Positions 49,561-58,396 of a DNA stretch of 64,000 nt are shown here, piece by piece (within the stretch, counting starts at the first letter, position 1; every line of letters begins with the position of its first letter). A program made the translations under genes and the position numbers. The notes under the pieces were generated by a model, which was given only the letters and a program-made list of their open reading frames with translations, did not search any database and had not been told where the DNA came from. This stretch comes from Leptospiraceae bacterium (lineage in GTDB: Bacteria; Spirochaetota; Leptospiria; Leptospirales; Leptonemataceae): assembly GCA_040217195.1 (NCBI GenBank), contig JAVJNR010000005.1:416001-480000 (forward strand), written 5' to 3'.

Positions 49561-50159
49561 ATGACCTTCCGCTATACTCTAGTTCTGGCTCTGTGCTGGG
49601 CTATGCTTCCGATCGGTACTTCGATTCTGGCGAATCCAGACAACCACGTTTTGGAAGTCCGACAGGAGATTCTAGAGCTATTCAAAGAATTTGAAGAGTA
49701 TCCTCGGGTATGCGATAGCGGCGTAGGAGCAGCAGGCATTACACCTGAATGCTATTCCATTGTGCACACCATCGCAGAACAAGCCACACCGAAAGAACTG
49801 GTCATGCTTACGCGCCATGAAGCCCCGGGAGTGAGGGCCAATGCTTTAATCGCACTCCTCTTTGCAGAACAGGACGAGCTATTCCTGCAAGTTATTCCCG
49901 AGCATTTTCACGACTCTACAAGGCTTACCTGGGAATCATTCAGGAAAGCAGGGATCCGGACTATGTAGAACCAGCGCTGGATTATATCGAGGAGAGTCCA
50001 GAGCAACGGAGCCAGAGGGACCTGGGCATTGTTCTTCTGAAGTTTGGCGATGCAGCTATCAAGGAGCGATTGCTGGAGCTAAGAAATCGTAAAGCGATGT
50101 TGCGCACGAAAGAATTTCAGGAGGCCCTGGATCGGTGGGAACCGAGGACAGCCCCTTAG
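49561..50159 (+). pseudogene. Exported HEAT-like helical protein split by a frameshift or deletion near 49910-49930
   Basis: ORF 49561-49968 has a signal peptide and HEAPGVRANALIAL. The -1 frame continues with protein-like LYKAYLGIIQESRDPDYVEPALDYIEES...EALDRWEPRTAP to TAG at 50159. Confidence 0.55.
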
Positions 50160-50240
50160 AGCTGCATTTCATCGCGATCGGAGCGCAAATACTCCCTGAC
50201 AACCAGGCTCTGGCATCTCGTGGAACAGGAATAGACCGAC

Positions 50241-51146
50241 CTAAATCAATTCAAAGATCCATTCAAGGATTGCTTTTTGGATATGCAGTCGGTTTTCAGC
50301 TTGTTTGAAGATTGTAGGACCATGTTTATCCATTACAGAATCTGTAATCTCTTCCCCGCGATGCGCCGGTAAGCAGTGCATGACCAGTACATCGTTTCTG
50401 GCCTTTTCCATGAGTGCATCATCCAGACGAAAGGGCTTGAATACGGCTCGTCTCTCTTCTGCCTCTTCTTCCTGGCCCATGGAAATCCAGGTATCTGTGT
50501 AGACTACATCTGCATCCTTTACCGCAGCAGCCGGATCCTGGAATACTTCAAGATGCACATTCTTCTTCTGAAGATGATCGCGCATAGCCGGTCGAATAGG
50601 ATATCCTTCCGGTGCTGCCAGATGGATGCGACTGCCTGAATGAACAGCACCCAGGGCCAGAGAATTAAATACATTGTTGGGCTCGCCCACAAATGCCAGA
50701 GTCACATTGCTTAGATCCAGACCGGCTTCCTGAAGAGTCATATAATCCGCCAGACCCTGACAGGGATGATGACGATCGGAAAGTCCATTGATAATAGGTA
50801 ATCGGTCCAGGCCGCTCATTACTTCCAGTTTACGATGGCTATGGGTGCGAACCATAACACAGTCCACATATCGTGCAAGAACCTCGGTTGTGTCCTCAAC
50901 ACTTTCGCCGCGCCCCACCTGGAGCATCTGAGATTCCAGAGCGATTAAATGGCCGCCCATTTCCATAACAGCCACACTGAAAGAAAGCCTGGTTCTGGTA
51001 CTTGTTTTTTCAAAGAGCAAAGTGACGGTTTTATCAGCCAGAGCTTCAGGTGCCAGTTTACGATTCTTCGCATGCTCGATTCCTCGATCAAGTATTCGAA
51101 AGAAATCCTGTTCAGTCAGGTCCAGTATGCTTAGTAGATGTCTCAC
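50241..51146 (-). CDS. argF: Ornithine carbamoyltransferase
   Basis: FEKTSTRTR, HPCQ, YTDTWISMGQE, HCLPAHRGEE, QAENRLH. Confidence 0.97.
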   Translation of the reverse strand: MRHLLSILDLTEQDFFRILDRGIEHAKNRKLAPEALADKTVTLLFEKTSTRTRLSFSVAVMEMGGHLIALESQMLQVGRGESVEDTTEVLARYVDCVMVRTHSHRKLEVMSGLDRLPIINGLSDRHHPCQGLADYMTLQEAGLDLSNVTLAFVGEPNNVFNSLALGAVHSGSRIHLAAPEGYPIRPAMRDHLQKKNVHLEVFQDPAAAVKDADVVYTDTWISMGQEEEAEERRAVFKPFRLDDALMEKARNDVLVMHCLPAHRGEEITDSVMDKHGPTIFKQAENRLHIQKAILEWIFELI

Positions 51147-52528
51147 TTCGATGCCTTGTTTCCCCGGGCATAATCAAGAAACAGTCGAGCGGCCTCTGTG
51201 GCCGGTCTGCCTTTGCCCAGGCTATGTTTTACATACTCCAGTTCTTTTCGAATCTCTGCCTGAAGTGCAGGATTGTCCAGAATTTCAGTTGCATGCTTGA
51301 ATATAGTATCGGGTCGCACCTCGGTTTGCAAGAGTTCTACAGCCACCTGTCTTCGAGCCAGCAGATTCACCATGCCAATAACTCTGGTACGAATCACCAG
51401 GGAAATAATCAGTAGATTAATCCACCCTACTTTATAGAGAACAACCATGGGAGTTCCGAAAAAAGCGGCCTCCATGGTGGCCGTGCCGGAGGACAAAAGC
51501 AGCAAATCACTGGCTTCCATTACCCTTAAAGAGCGGCCGGGCATGGATTCAATCTTTAGATCCGGGTACGCATCCAGCTGCTCCTGAACATAGGTCTGGG
51601 CCTCTTCATTCACTCCAGGCAGTAAAAATCGGATCTTACCGTACTTTTCCTTCAATCTGGCGGCCGCTTCCAGCATTGGCGGCAAAAGCCTGCGAATCTC
51701 AGAGGTTCGGCTACCGGGCAAGAGACCAACGGTCTTACCTGAATAAGTAGGTATGACATCCTGCTTTTTAAGCTGCTGACCAATTCTATACACCAGCGGA
51801 TGGCCCACGCAACGGGTTTCCACACCCTCATCTTTGTACATCTGTTCTTCAAATGGAAACAGAGGAAGCATTAGGTCCACGTATTTCTTGATGATCTTGA
51901 TTCTGCTATAATGCCAGGCCCATAATTGCGGGCTTACCAGATACGTAATGAAGAAACCGGAATCCTGTTTAAGCATTTCAGCCAGGCGAAGATTGAACCC
52001 AGGATAATCTACCAGGATGGCATGCGTAATTCCATTCTTCCGCGCGAATGCAACGATTCGTCGAGCCAGGGCTTTCAGTCGGCGATAGGCTTTCAAGGCC
52101 TCCACAAAGCCCACAACATTCATGGTTTCAATATTTTCCAGAAGCTCCACTCCAGCAGCTTCCATTTCCTTGCCACCAGTTCCGAAAAGCCTCTTGATTC
52201 CCTGCTTTTTCAATTCCCGGGCCACATCGGCCCCCAGCAAATCTCCGGAATGCTCGCCGGTAATAATCAATACACCGCCAGAAAGATGGGAGCCTGCTTT
52301 TGCAGTGGTTTTTATTGTAGGTCTGGAATCTTTACTGCCCGGCTTCGCAGGTTTCTGTTGTTTAATTCCTGATGATTTCTTTTTTGCTACAGGCTTCGCA
52401 GTTCTGCCTTTAGGTCGGACATCTACTGACTTCTTGCCAGATTCCGTACCTGTGGCAACAGCAGGCTTTCTGGTAGACATAGGTAATTCAGGCTGATCGG
52501 AATTCTGTTTCTTTTTGGATACGCTCAT
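51143..52528 (-). CDS. lpxB: Lipid-A-disaccharide synthase with a Lys-rich N-terminal extension
   Basis: GEHSGDLLG, VDYPGFN, SPQLWAW, FPFE, VGHPL, LLPGSR.SE, SGTATME. Confidence 0.95.
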   Translation of the reverse strand: MSVSKKKQNSDQPELPMSTRKPAVATGTESGKKSVDVRPKGRTAKPVAKKKSSGIKQQKPAKPGSKDSRPTIKTTAKAGSHLSGGVLIITGEHSGDLLGADVARELKKQGIKRLFGTGGKEMEAAGVELLENIETMNVVGFVEALKAYRRLKALARRIVAFARKNGITHAILVDYPGFNLRLAEMLKQDSGFFITYLVSPQLWAWHYSRIKIIKKYVDLMLPLFPFEEQMYKDEGVETRCVGHPLVYRIGQQLKKQDVIPTYSGKTVGLLPGSRTSEIRRLLPPMLEAAARLKEKYGKIRFLLPGVNEEAQTYVQEQLDAYPDLKIESMPGRSLRVMEASDLLLLSSGTATMEAAFFGTPMVVLYKVGWINLLIISLVIRTRVIGMVNLLARRQVAVELLQTEVRPDTIFKHATEILDNPALQAEIRKELEYVKHSLGKGRPATEAARLFLDYARGNKASK

Positions 52529-53391
52529 TTACTGCTCCGATTGAGTTTGCGAAGCTCTTTTCCGTCGGCAAAGCCATTGCCGGATTCTGCAATCGAAATA
52601 ACCGATATGCCCTTTTTCTTTGCGCTTTTCAAAAACTCCGATTTATTAACTACGATAGTTGCTCCGGCCTCGATAGCCAGGACCTTACATCCGGAATCAT
52701 ACATACTTTGTAACGTACTTTCGCCAGTTACAGGAATATCAAAACGCCGGTCATGGTTTTTCTTGGCCACTTTACATACTACAGCTCCGCCCCTGGAATA
52801 CAGGCCACCGCCTCTGCGAATGCATTGGTCTGTGCCTTCCACACATTCCACTGCAATAACAGAACGCTGACCCACAACCACTGTCTGACCTATGTCCAGG
52901 CGATTCATTTCCCGAGCATACATCATCCCATAGGAAACATCTTCCAGCTCTTTGTCCTTCAGTTTTCGACCATAGCGCCCTGCACCCAGAAAGCAATCAT
53001 CCAGGTAGGTTGTTTGATCGATAACGGTTATTCCAATCTTGTCCAGTTCCCGGGCAATATTCTTAAAGATGGTATAATCGTTCAAGTTTTCCATTCTGGC
53101 AATTAGCAGAAGCGTCCTTGCATCGAACCGGGGGTTCTTATACAGAATGTCTTTGCTGGCCTTTCCGATGGAAATCAGGCGCTTGATTCCCTGTTTCTTT
53201 AATGAGGCAAATACGGAGGCATACATCCTTGTAAGAACTACAGGAATGCAGTATTTCTTTAATTGTTCTGGAATTGGTTCATCTGTGTAGGGAAAGATTC
53301 GCACTTCTTCCCCGGCCCGGATTGCATTTTCAGCTACAATCCAGGGTAATTCGCCTCGTCCGGCCAGTATTCCCAGCTTTCCATCGCTCAA
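52525..53391 (-). CDS. lpxI: UDP-2,3-diacylglucosamine diphosphatase LpxI
   Basis: LGILAGRGELP, DIGQTVVV, VE..EGTD.CI.R, D.RFDIP..G. TTG start at 53391 inferred. Confidence 0.92.
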   Translation of the reverse strand: MSDGKLGILAGRGELPWIVAENAIRAGEEVRIFPYTDEPIPEQLKKYCIPVVLTRMYASVFASLKKQGIKRLISIGKASKDILYKNPRFDARTLLLIARMENLNDYTIFKNIARELDKIGITVIDQTTYLDDCFLGAGRYGRKLKDKELEDVSYGMMYAREMNRLDIGQTVVVGQRSVIAVECVEGTDQCIRRGGGLYSRGGAVVCKVAKKNHDRRFDIPVTGESTLQSMYDSGCKVLAIEAGATIVVNKSEFLKSAKKKGISVISIAESGNGFADGKELRKLNRSSK

Positions 53392-53416
53392 AGCCCCAAC
53401 CTTCCGAATCCTGGAT

Positions 53417-53737
53417 TTAGCTGGCCTGACTTCCGCCAGTTGAACCACCAGAGCTTCCCGAGTTGCCTGAACTACCCGAGCCGCTACCGCCAGAACTGCT
53501 CTTGCCGGAATCGCCGCCACCGGATTTTCCGGAGCCTTCAGAGCCGCCGCCGGAAGATTTTTTGTAATCTGTGACGTAGAAGCCGCTTCCTTTAAAGACG
53601 ATGCCGGCCCCACCACCTATGAGACGCTCAATCTTACCTCCGCATTCCGGACAATCCGTATGTGGATCATCCTTCATGGATTGAAAGGCATCATATTCGT
53701 GGCCACATTTCGTGCATCTGTAGGAATAGGTTGGCAT
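53417..53737 (-). CDS. FmdB family zinc-ribbon protein with a Gly/Ser tail
   Basis: MPTYSYRCTKCG...CPECGG...FKGSGFYVTDY. Confidence 0.93.
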   Translation of the reverse strand: MPTYSYRCTKCGHEYDAFQSMKDDPHTDCPECGGKIERLIGGGAGIVFKGSGFYVTDYKKSSGGGSEGSGKSGGGDSGKSSSGGSGSGSSGNSGSSGGSTGGSQAS

Positions 53738-53798
53738 GATCCAAGACTGAGCGAGGGCTCCCCTCATTCAATTCAAAATCCCCTGCAAAAATGGGAAG

Positions 53799-54722
53799 TT
53801 ATACCGGATTACCCGTGGGTCCAGGTAGTGGCTCATTGAATAGAATCAGGAATGCACAGAGTCCCAGCCATAATAGAATGGTGACGATCAAGAATGCATC
53901 CGCCAGCAGGATGTCCGAAGGATTGCCATCCTTCACGGATTCCGGGCTTTGCAGCAAGGTATAATACCGGAATACTCCCAGAACCACAAATGGGATGGTC
54001 CAGAATAGATTGGCCCCTGCATGAGTTCCCTGAAGTGTGTAGATGGAATAATTAATTATAGAGATGGATGCAGTGATGTTTATGAAACTTTTCAGAGACT
54101 CGGAATGATACCGACCTCCAATCATGGCTTCTGCAGGAGACATGCGAACCTCGTAATAGCGCTTAAAAAACCCCAGAAAGAGAGATAGAAAAAACGCTGA
54201 ACTAAGAAGCCAGGGACTGGCCTCCACATCAATCGCAAAGGCGCCGGCCAGAACTCGCAGCACAAAACCGGCCGAAATAATAAATACATCCAGAAGAACA
54301 ATTCTCTTGGCCCCTGCACTGTAGATCAGGTTCATCAAGAAATAGGTCAGAAAGGTCATTCCTGTGGCTTCATTTAGATAAAAGCCCAGACCCAGAGCAG
54401 CGGTAAGAAGCACAGCAGCCACCATAAAGGCCAGCCCCGATCCAATACTACCACTGGCCAGAGGCCGATGTTGCTTTCGAGGATCCTCCCGGTCCAGCTT
54501 TCGGTCCTTGAAATCATTTATGACATAGATCGAACTGGCAAGAAAGGAAAAGCCCAGAAATGCGAACACTAACTGAATCAGAATTTCCCTGGACTCCAGA
54601 GAGAAAGGGTGGCCCACAACCTGATGTAGATGAGTCGAAAAAACAAATGGAAGCAATACGAATCCGGACTTGGTCCATTGGTAGACTCGAATGAGCTTAA
54701 TCAGTGCTTTCACTTTCTTCAC
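53799..54722 (-). CDS. UbiA-family prenyltransferase (decaprenyl-phosphate phosphoribosyltransferase-like)
   Basis: RVYQWTK, ASSIYVIND..DR..DR.DPRK..RPLASG, GFVLRVLAG, KRYYE. Confidence 0.9.
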   Translation of the reverse strand: MKKVKALIKLIRVYQWTKSGFVLLPFVFSTHLHQVVGHPFSLESREILIQLVFAFLGFSFLASSIYVINDFKDRKLDREDPRKQHRPLASGSIGSGLAFMVAAVLLTAALGLGFYLNEATGMTFLTYFLMNLIYSAGAKRIVLLDVFIISAGFVLRVLAGAFAIDVEASPWLLSSAFFLSLFLGFFKRYYEVRMSPAEAMIGGRYHSESLKSFINITASISIINYSIYTLQGTHAGANLFWTIPFVVLGVFRYYTLLQSPESVKDGNPSDILLADAFLIVTILLWLGLCAFLILFNEPLPGPTGNPV

Positions 54723-54810
54723 GAATGCAAAATGTAGCCTATTATCCAGGGGTCAACCAAGATGACGCAAGGATGAACAAAGAAAAACCTGAAATTTGAA
54801 CCTATATACA

Positions 54811-55746
54811 ATGGCAGACCAGGCTAACATACTTTCGGAAGCTCAAAAAGGCCGACCCCGGGCCCCTGCAGATTCAACTGCCCCGGTTACCGTCATTATA
54901 CCTGTATGCAATCGACCAGAATTGCTAAAAGAATCCCTGAGCTCGGTAATTCAGGGAACGTTATGGCCGGCAGAAATCCTGGTTATCGGAAACGGCCATC
55001 CGGAGGAGATACAAAACGATAAGAACTCCTTCAATCAATGGAAAGCTGAAGTTTCTCTTTCCATCCAGAATCAGCCATCAGCTGCCAGGAAATACTCAGC
55101 AATGAAGATTTCCTTTCTGGTCTGTAAACGTATCGGTCCGGCTGCGGCCCGGAACCTGGGAGCCAGGGAGGCCAGTCAACCCTATGTAGCTTTCCTGGAT
55201 TCAGATGATCTCTGGAAGTCCCATAAACTGGCCAGGCAGATTTCATTCCTGGAAAAAAGACCTCATTTAAAGGCATGCCACAACCTGGAAGACTGGATCA
55301 AGCATGGAAAATCGCTCAACGTTCCACTGCGACTCAGGCCCGTTACCGGTAGACCTTTGCTGGAAAGCATGGAGATTTGTCTGATATCTGCAAGCTCGCT
55401 GCTAATTGAAAGGAGTCATTTCCTGGAAATGGACGGTTTCGATGAACGATTCCTTTCCTGTGAAGACTACGAGTTCTGGATTCGCCATTTTCTCAGCCAC
55501 ACCATGGGCTGCCTGCAGGAACCTCTGGTAATCAAGCGATCCGGATTATGGAAGCAGGTTTCTGGGTCCGGACTTCTGGATTTACAGAGACTCAGGGCAC
55601 TACTGGTCTTGCGAAAACCATTGATCGACCGGGGGCTAAAAGAGGAGCTCTGGAATGTGGCCCGCAAGAAAGCTGGAATACTGCTTCAAAGAAATGATTC
55701 TATAGCCCGGCATGCAGCCAGGCTACTCCGCGCTATTGAAAGTTAA
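54811..55746 (+). CDS. Glycosyltransferase family 2
   Basis: VTVIIPVCNR, GPAAARNLG, AFLDSDDLW, GFDE...CEDYEFW. Confidence 0.92.
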   Translation: MADQANILSEAQKGRPRAPADSTAPVTVIIPVCNRPELLKESLSSVIQGTLWPAEILVIGNGHPEEIQNDKNSFNQWKAEVSLSIQNQPSAARKYSAMKISFLVCKRIGPAAARNLGAREASQPYVAFLDSDDLWKSHKLARQISFLEKRPHLKACHNLEDWIKHGKSLNVPLRLRPVTGRPLLESMEICLISASSLLIERSHFLEMDGFDERFLSCEDYEFWIRHFLSHTMGCLQEPLVIKRSGLWKQVSGSGLLDLQRLRALLVLRKPLIDRGLKEELWNVARKKAGILLQRNDSIARHAARLLRAIES

Positions 55747-55796
55747 TCCAGAGAGTTTAGCCAGGCGCCATATCAGAGTCCCCCAGTGCCGGGTAG

Positions 55797-55825
55797 CCAG
55801 GCGACTTCCCGCCTGGATTTTTATT
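55797..55825 (+). terminator. Intrinsic terminator after the GT2 gene
   Basis: CCAGGCG-ACTTCC-CGCCTGG followed by ATTTTTATT. Confidence 0.7.
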
Positions 55826-55854
55826 AGGTACGGCCCTGTTCCCGGGATGCGAAA

Positions 55855-57585
55855 TCAGGATTCCCGCAGTCTGTCGATTACTTCGTCGATATTGATATCA
55901 TACTTGGTAAATACAGCGTTTCGCGCCAGATCATACCGGATTAGAGAAATGTTATAGTTGATCAAAGCTCGAGTCAATGCCTGGCGGGATTGCACCAGAG
56001 CGTCCAGTGCATTCTTAACTGCATCTGCAGAGAATCGGCCCTGACGATATCGTCGGACCAGACCATAATAGAAAGCCTGGGTATTTGCCAGAGCAACACG
56101 GGCCTCCTGCACTGACTGGTAAGCCACCTTGATTTGATCTCTACTCTGTCGGATATCGTCCGATACCTGACGACTGATCTGTTCTTCCTGAAGACGTAGT
56201 TGTCTTCGATTGATTCGCGCATTTCGAGCTTCCACTCGTGCGCCTTCATCCCAGAGAGGATACTCAATCTTGAATTGCACCGAGTATTCAGGATACTTAC
56301 CCTGAGGGACTGCATCGAAAGCGCTTCCGGAATAGCGGGCCACATCCTTGCTTGCATAGCTGCCGCCCAGAGTCACAGAAGGTAACAGATTGTTCTCAGC
56401 AATATCTTCGGAAAGCCGAGCAATCTCCAGCTGTCTTCGAATTATTCGAATGTCTGGCCTTGTGGCCAGGGCATTTTCAATGTCTCTTTGCATATCCACT
56501 TCAGGAGGAGCTGTTTCAATTAGTTCTGTAGCACCGGACAGTTGAATACCCGGATCCAGGTTCAGGACTCTAAGCAGATTCCTTCTCTGACTATCTCGAT
56601 CTAGCTCCGCCTGTTGTAGACGGGCTCGAGCTTGAGCAACCACTGCATTCCACTGATTGACTTCAAATGGCTCAGCCAGGCCAAGACCGGTTTTTTGAGC
56701 TGTGATGCCCCGGACATAGGCAGCATTCTTCAGTAGATCACGAGAGGTTTCTACTTCCTTCTCAGCAATAGCCAGAGTCCAGTAATCCACCATGGCTCCA
56801 ACGGTAAGTTGAGCCAATTCGAATTCCAGACGCTCCCTTTCAATCAATGCCTGCTTTCTGCGGATATCAGAAAGTCGGCTCTGATTGTAACCAAAGGCAT
56901 TCTTCAGAAGTTCCTGTTGAAGCAGTATTCTCACGGCTCCGGTATGGAGTGGAGGCTGGGCAAGCTGAGAAAGCAGGGAGTTGGATTGCGCTGCACTTCC
57001 CTCACCTGCATTCGTATCCACCCTTGTATCGGAACCTTCCAGGCGAAAATAGGTTCCACTTCGAAACAATTTTTCAATCCCGGCAGTATAGGTATCTTGA
57101 TTGGTTTGTGTCCCCTGAAAGATAGTTGAAGGCGTTTGCTTTTGCTTGTTAACGTAGCTTTCAAAACTAAAATCCACTTTTGGAGTGTACTGGGACTCAT
57201 CCTTCAAAAGCTCTGTGTCGGACTTCAAGATCTCCAGCTGCTGTATCCGAACCGAAGTATTGTTATTGAGCACCAGCTGAATGGTCTGCTTCATGCTCAA
57301 AGGTCGGGGTTTTCCGTTGGGCCCCAGAGGTATTTCAGCATAGTTCGGAGTCGTTTCTGCCTCCGTTGGCTCCGGATCCGTGGCTTCCAGGGCATCCGGC
57401 TCATTTTCTGATTCGTCGCCCATTTCCGCAGACTCATTCGAATCGGACCCAGGATTTTCACTGGAAGAATCGGCCGTGGTGGCAGGATCTGTACTTTCCG
57501 GTGCTACTTCTTTCTGTTCAGCGGACTGACAGCCAGAAAAAAGAATCAGGAATACTAATAGGAGAAAAATAAAAGATCGGTTCAT
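55855..57585 (-). CDS. TolC-family outer-membrane channel, lipoprotein with an acidic N-terminal linker
   Basis: Lipobox LFSGC and two OEP repeats (ALATRPDI, NNLLPSV.L, YPLWD, RYRQGR). Confidence 0.9.
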   Translation of the reverse strand: MNRSFIFLLLVFLILFSGCQSAEQKEVAPESTDPATTADSSSENPGSDSNESAEMGDESENEPDALEATDPEPTEAETTPNYAEIPLGPNGKPRPLSMKQTIQLVLNNNTSVRIQQLEILKSDTELLKDESQYTPKVDFSFESYVNKQKQTPSTIFQGTQTNQDTYTAGIEKLFRSGTYFRLEGSDTRVDTNAGEGSAAQSNSLLSQLAQPPLHTGAVRILLQQELLKNAFGYNQSRLSDIRRKQALIERERLEFELAQLTVGAMVDYWTLAIAEKEVETSRDLLKNAAYVRGITAQKTGLGLAEPFEVNQWNAVVAQARARLQQAELDRDSQRRNLLRVLNLDPGIQLSGATELIETAPPEVDMQRDIENALATRPDIRIIRRQLEIARLSEDIAENNLLPSVTLGGSYASKDVARYSGSAFDAVPQGKYPEYSVQFKIEYPLWDEGARVEARNARINRRQLRLQEEQISRQVSDDIRQSRDQIKVAYQSVQEARVALANTQAFYYGLVRRYRQGRFSADAVKNALDALVQSRQALTRALINYNISLIRYDLARNAVFTKYDINIDEVIDRLRES

Positions 57586-57691
57586 GCTATATTACCCGTT
57601 ACACTTACTGGGCTGCCGGTTTCGCCTGCAGTGTCCATTCAAAAAACCCGGACTTTCCGCCCATTGGCTCTTCCTTTTCAAAAAAGTCCCA

Positions 57692-58315
57692 ATGGCCCTT
57701 ATCGTTGCTCTGATTCTGGCCGCCGGCGTCCATCCTTTATCTGCAGATCAAAGCCCGGAGAGCACCATTCTATGGACCACTTTCCCATACCCCTCTGGGG
57801 TATCAACCCAATTCAGAACAAATCGTAACTTATTTCTGGCTCCCGTGATGGACCCGGAAGCTGTGGCCAGAGCAGCACTGCAGGATGAAAAGAGAATCAT
57901 TCAATTTACCGAAAAACAATTCCTTCGCCTGGATGGCCAGATCTGCACCACATTACCTGAGGTTCGCAAATCGGTGCAGGACGGTTTCAATTTGCTCAAC
58001 CGGGCCAATGAAATACTGGAAACGAATGTCAAATCTGTGGTTTCTGAGCACTCCGGAGAACGGCAACTGTACTTTAAACTCCGTAAGGAACGGGATGCAG
58101 CCCTGCAAAATGCCTGGTTTAGATTCCTGGACTGGCAATCCTCCAAATGCACAGATAAACAGTCCTTCTTTGGCGATCCTGTGCAGGATAGAAAGAATGA
58201 AGTGGATGTTGCTCTCGGCGAGATGAATCGAAAGACTCTGGCCATGCGATTGGCCTGGTTTCGATTCTTGAGTCGGCTGGATCTAGAAACAAGACAAAAG
58301 ATTCTACTGCCCTGA
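57692..58315 (+). CDS. Hypothetical exported helical protein
   Basis: Signal-like MALIVALILAAGVHPLSA from ATG 57692, helical C-terminal half. Confidence 0.7.
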   Translation: MALIVALILAAGVHPLSADQSPESTILWTTFPYPSGVSTQFRTNRNLFLAPVMDPEAVARAALQDEKRIIQFTEKQFLRLDGQICTTLPEVRKSVQDGFNLLNRANEILETNVKSVVSEHSGERQLYFKLRKERDAALQNAWFRFLDWQSSKCTDKQSFFGDPVQDRKNEVDVALGEMNRKTLAMRLAWFRFLSRLDLETRQKILLP

Positions 58316-58396
58316 TACTCCCGGGCTCGAATTTTCCGGAAAGGTGTCTGTTTTTTACCGGTTCTTCATTTTCTGCGGCAGGCCGATAATCATCTT

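Noticed and set aside
53392..53616. 75-aa N-terminal extension of LpxI shown in the ORF track
   Set aside because: It overlaps the FmdB gene in another frame. The LpxI homology starts at the TTG at 53391.
57584..57691. Overlapping back-to-back ATG starts of tolC and the divergent ORF
   Set aside because: The upstream extension is not protein-like. A signal peptide begins at ATG 57692, which leaves a normal divergent promoter gap.
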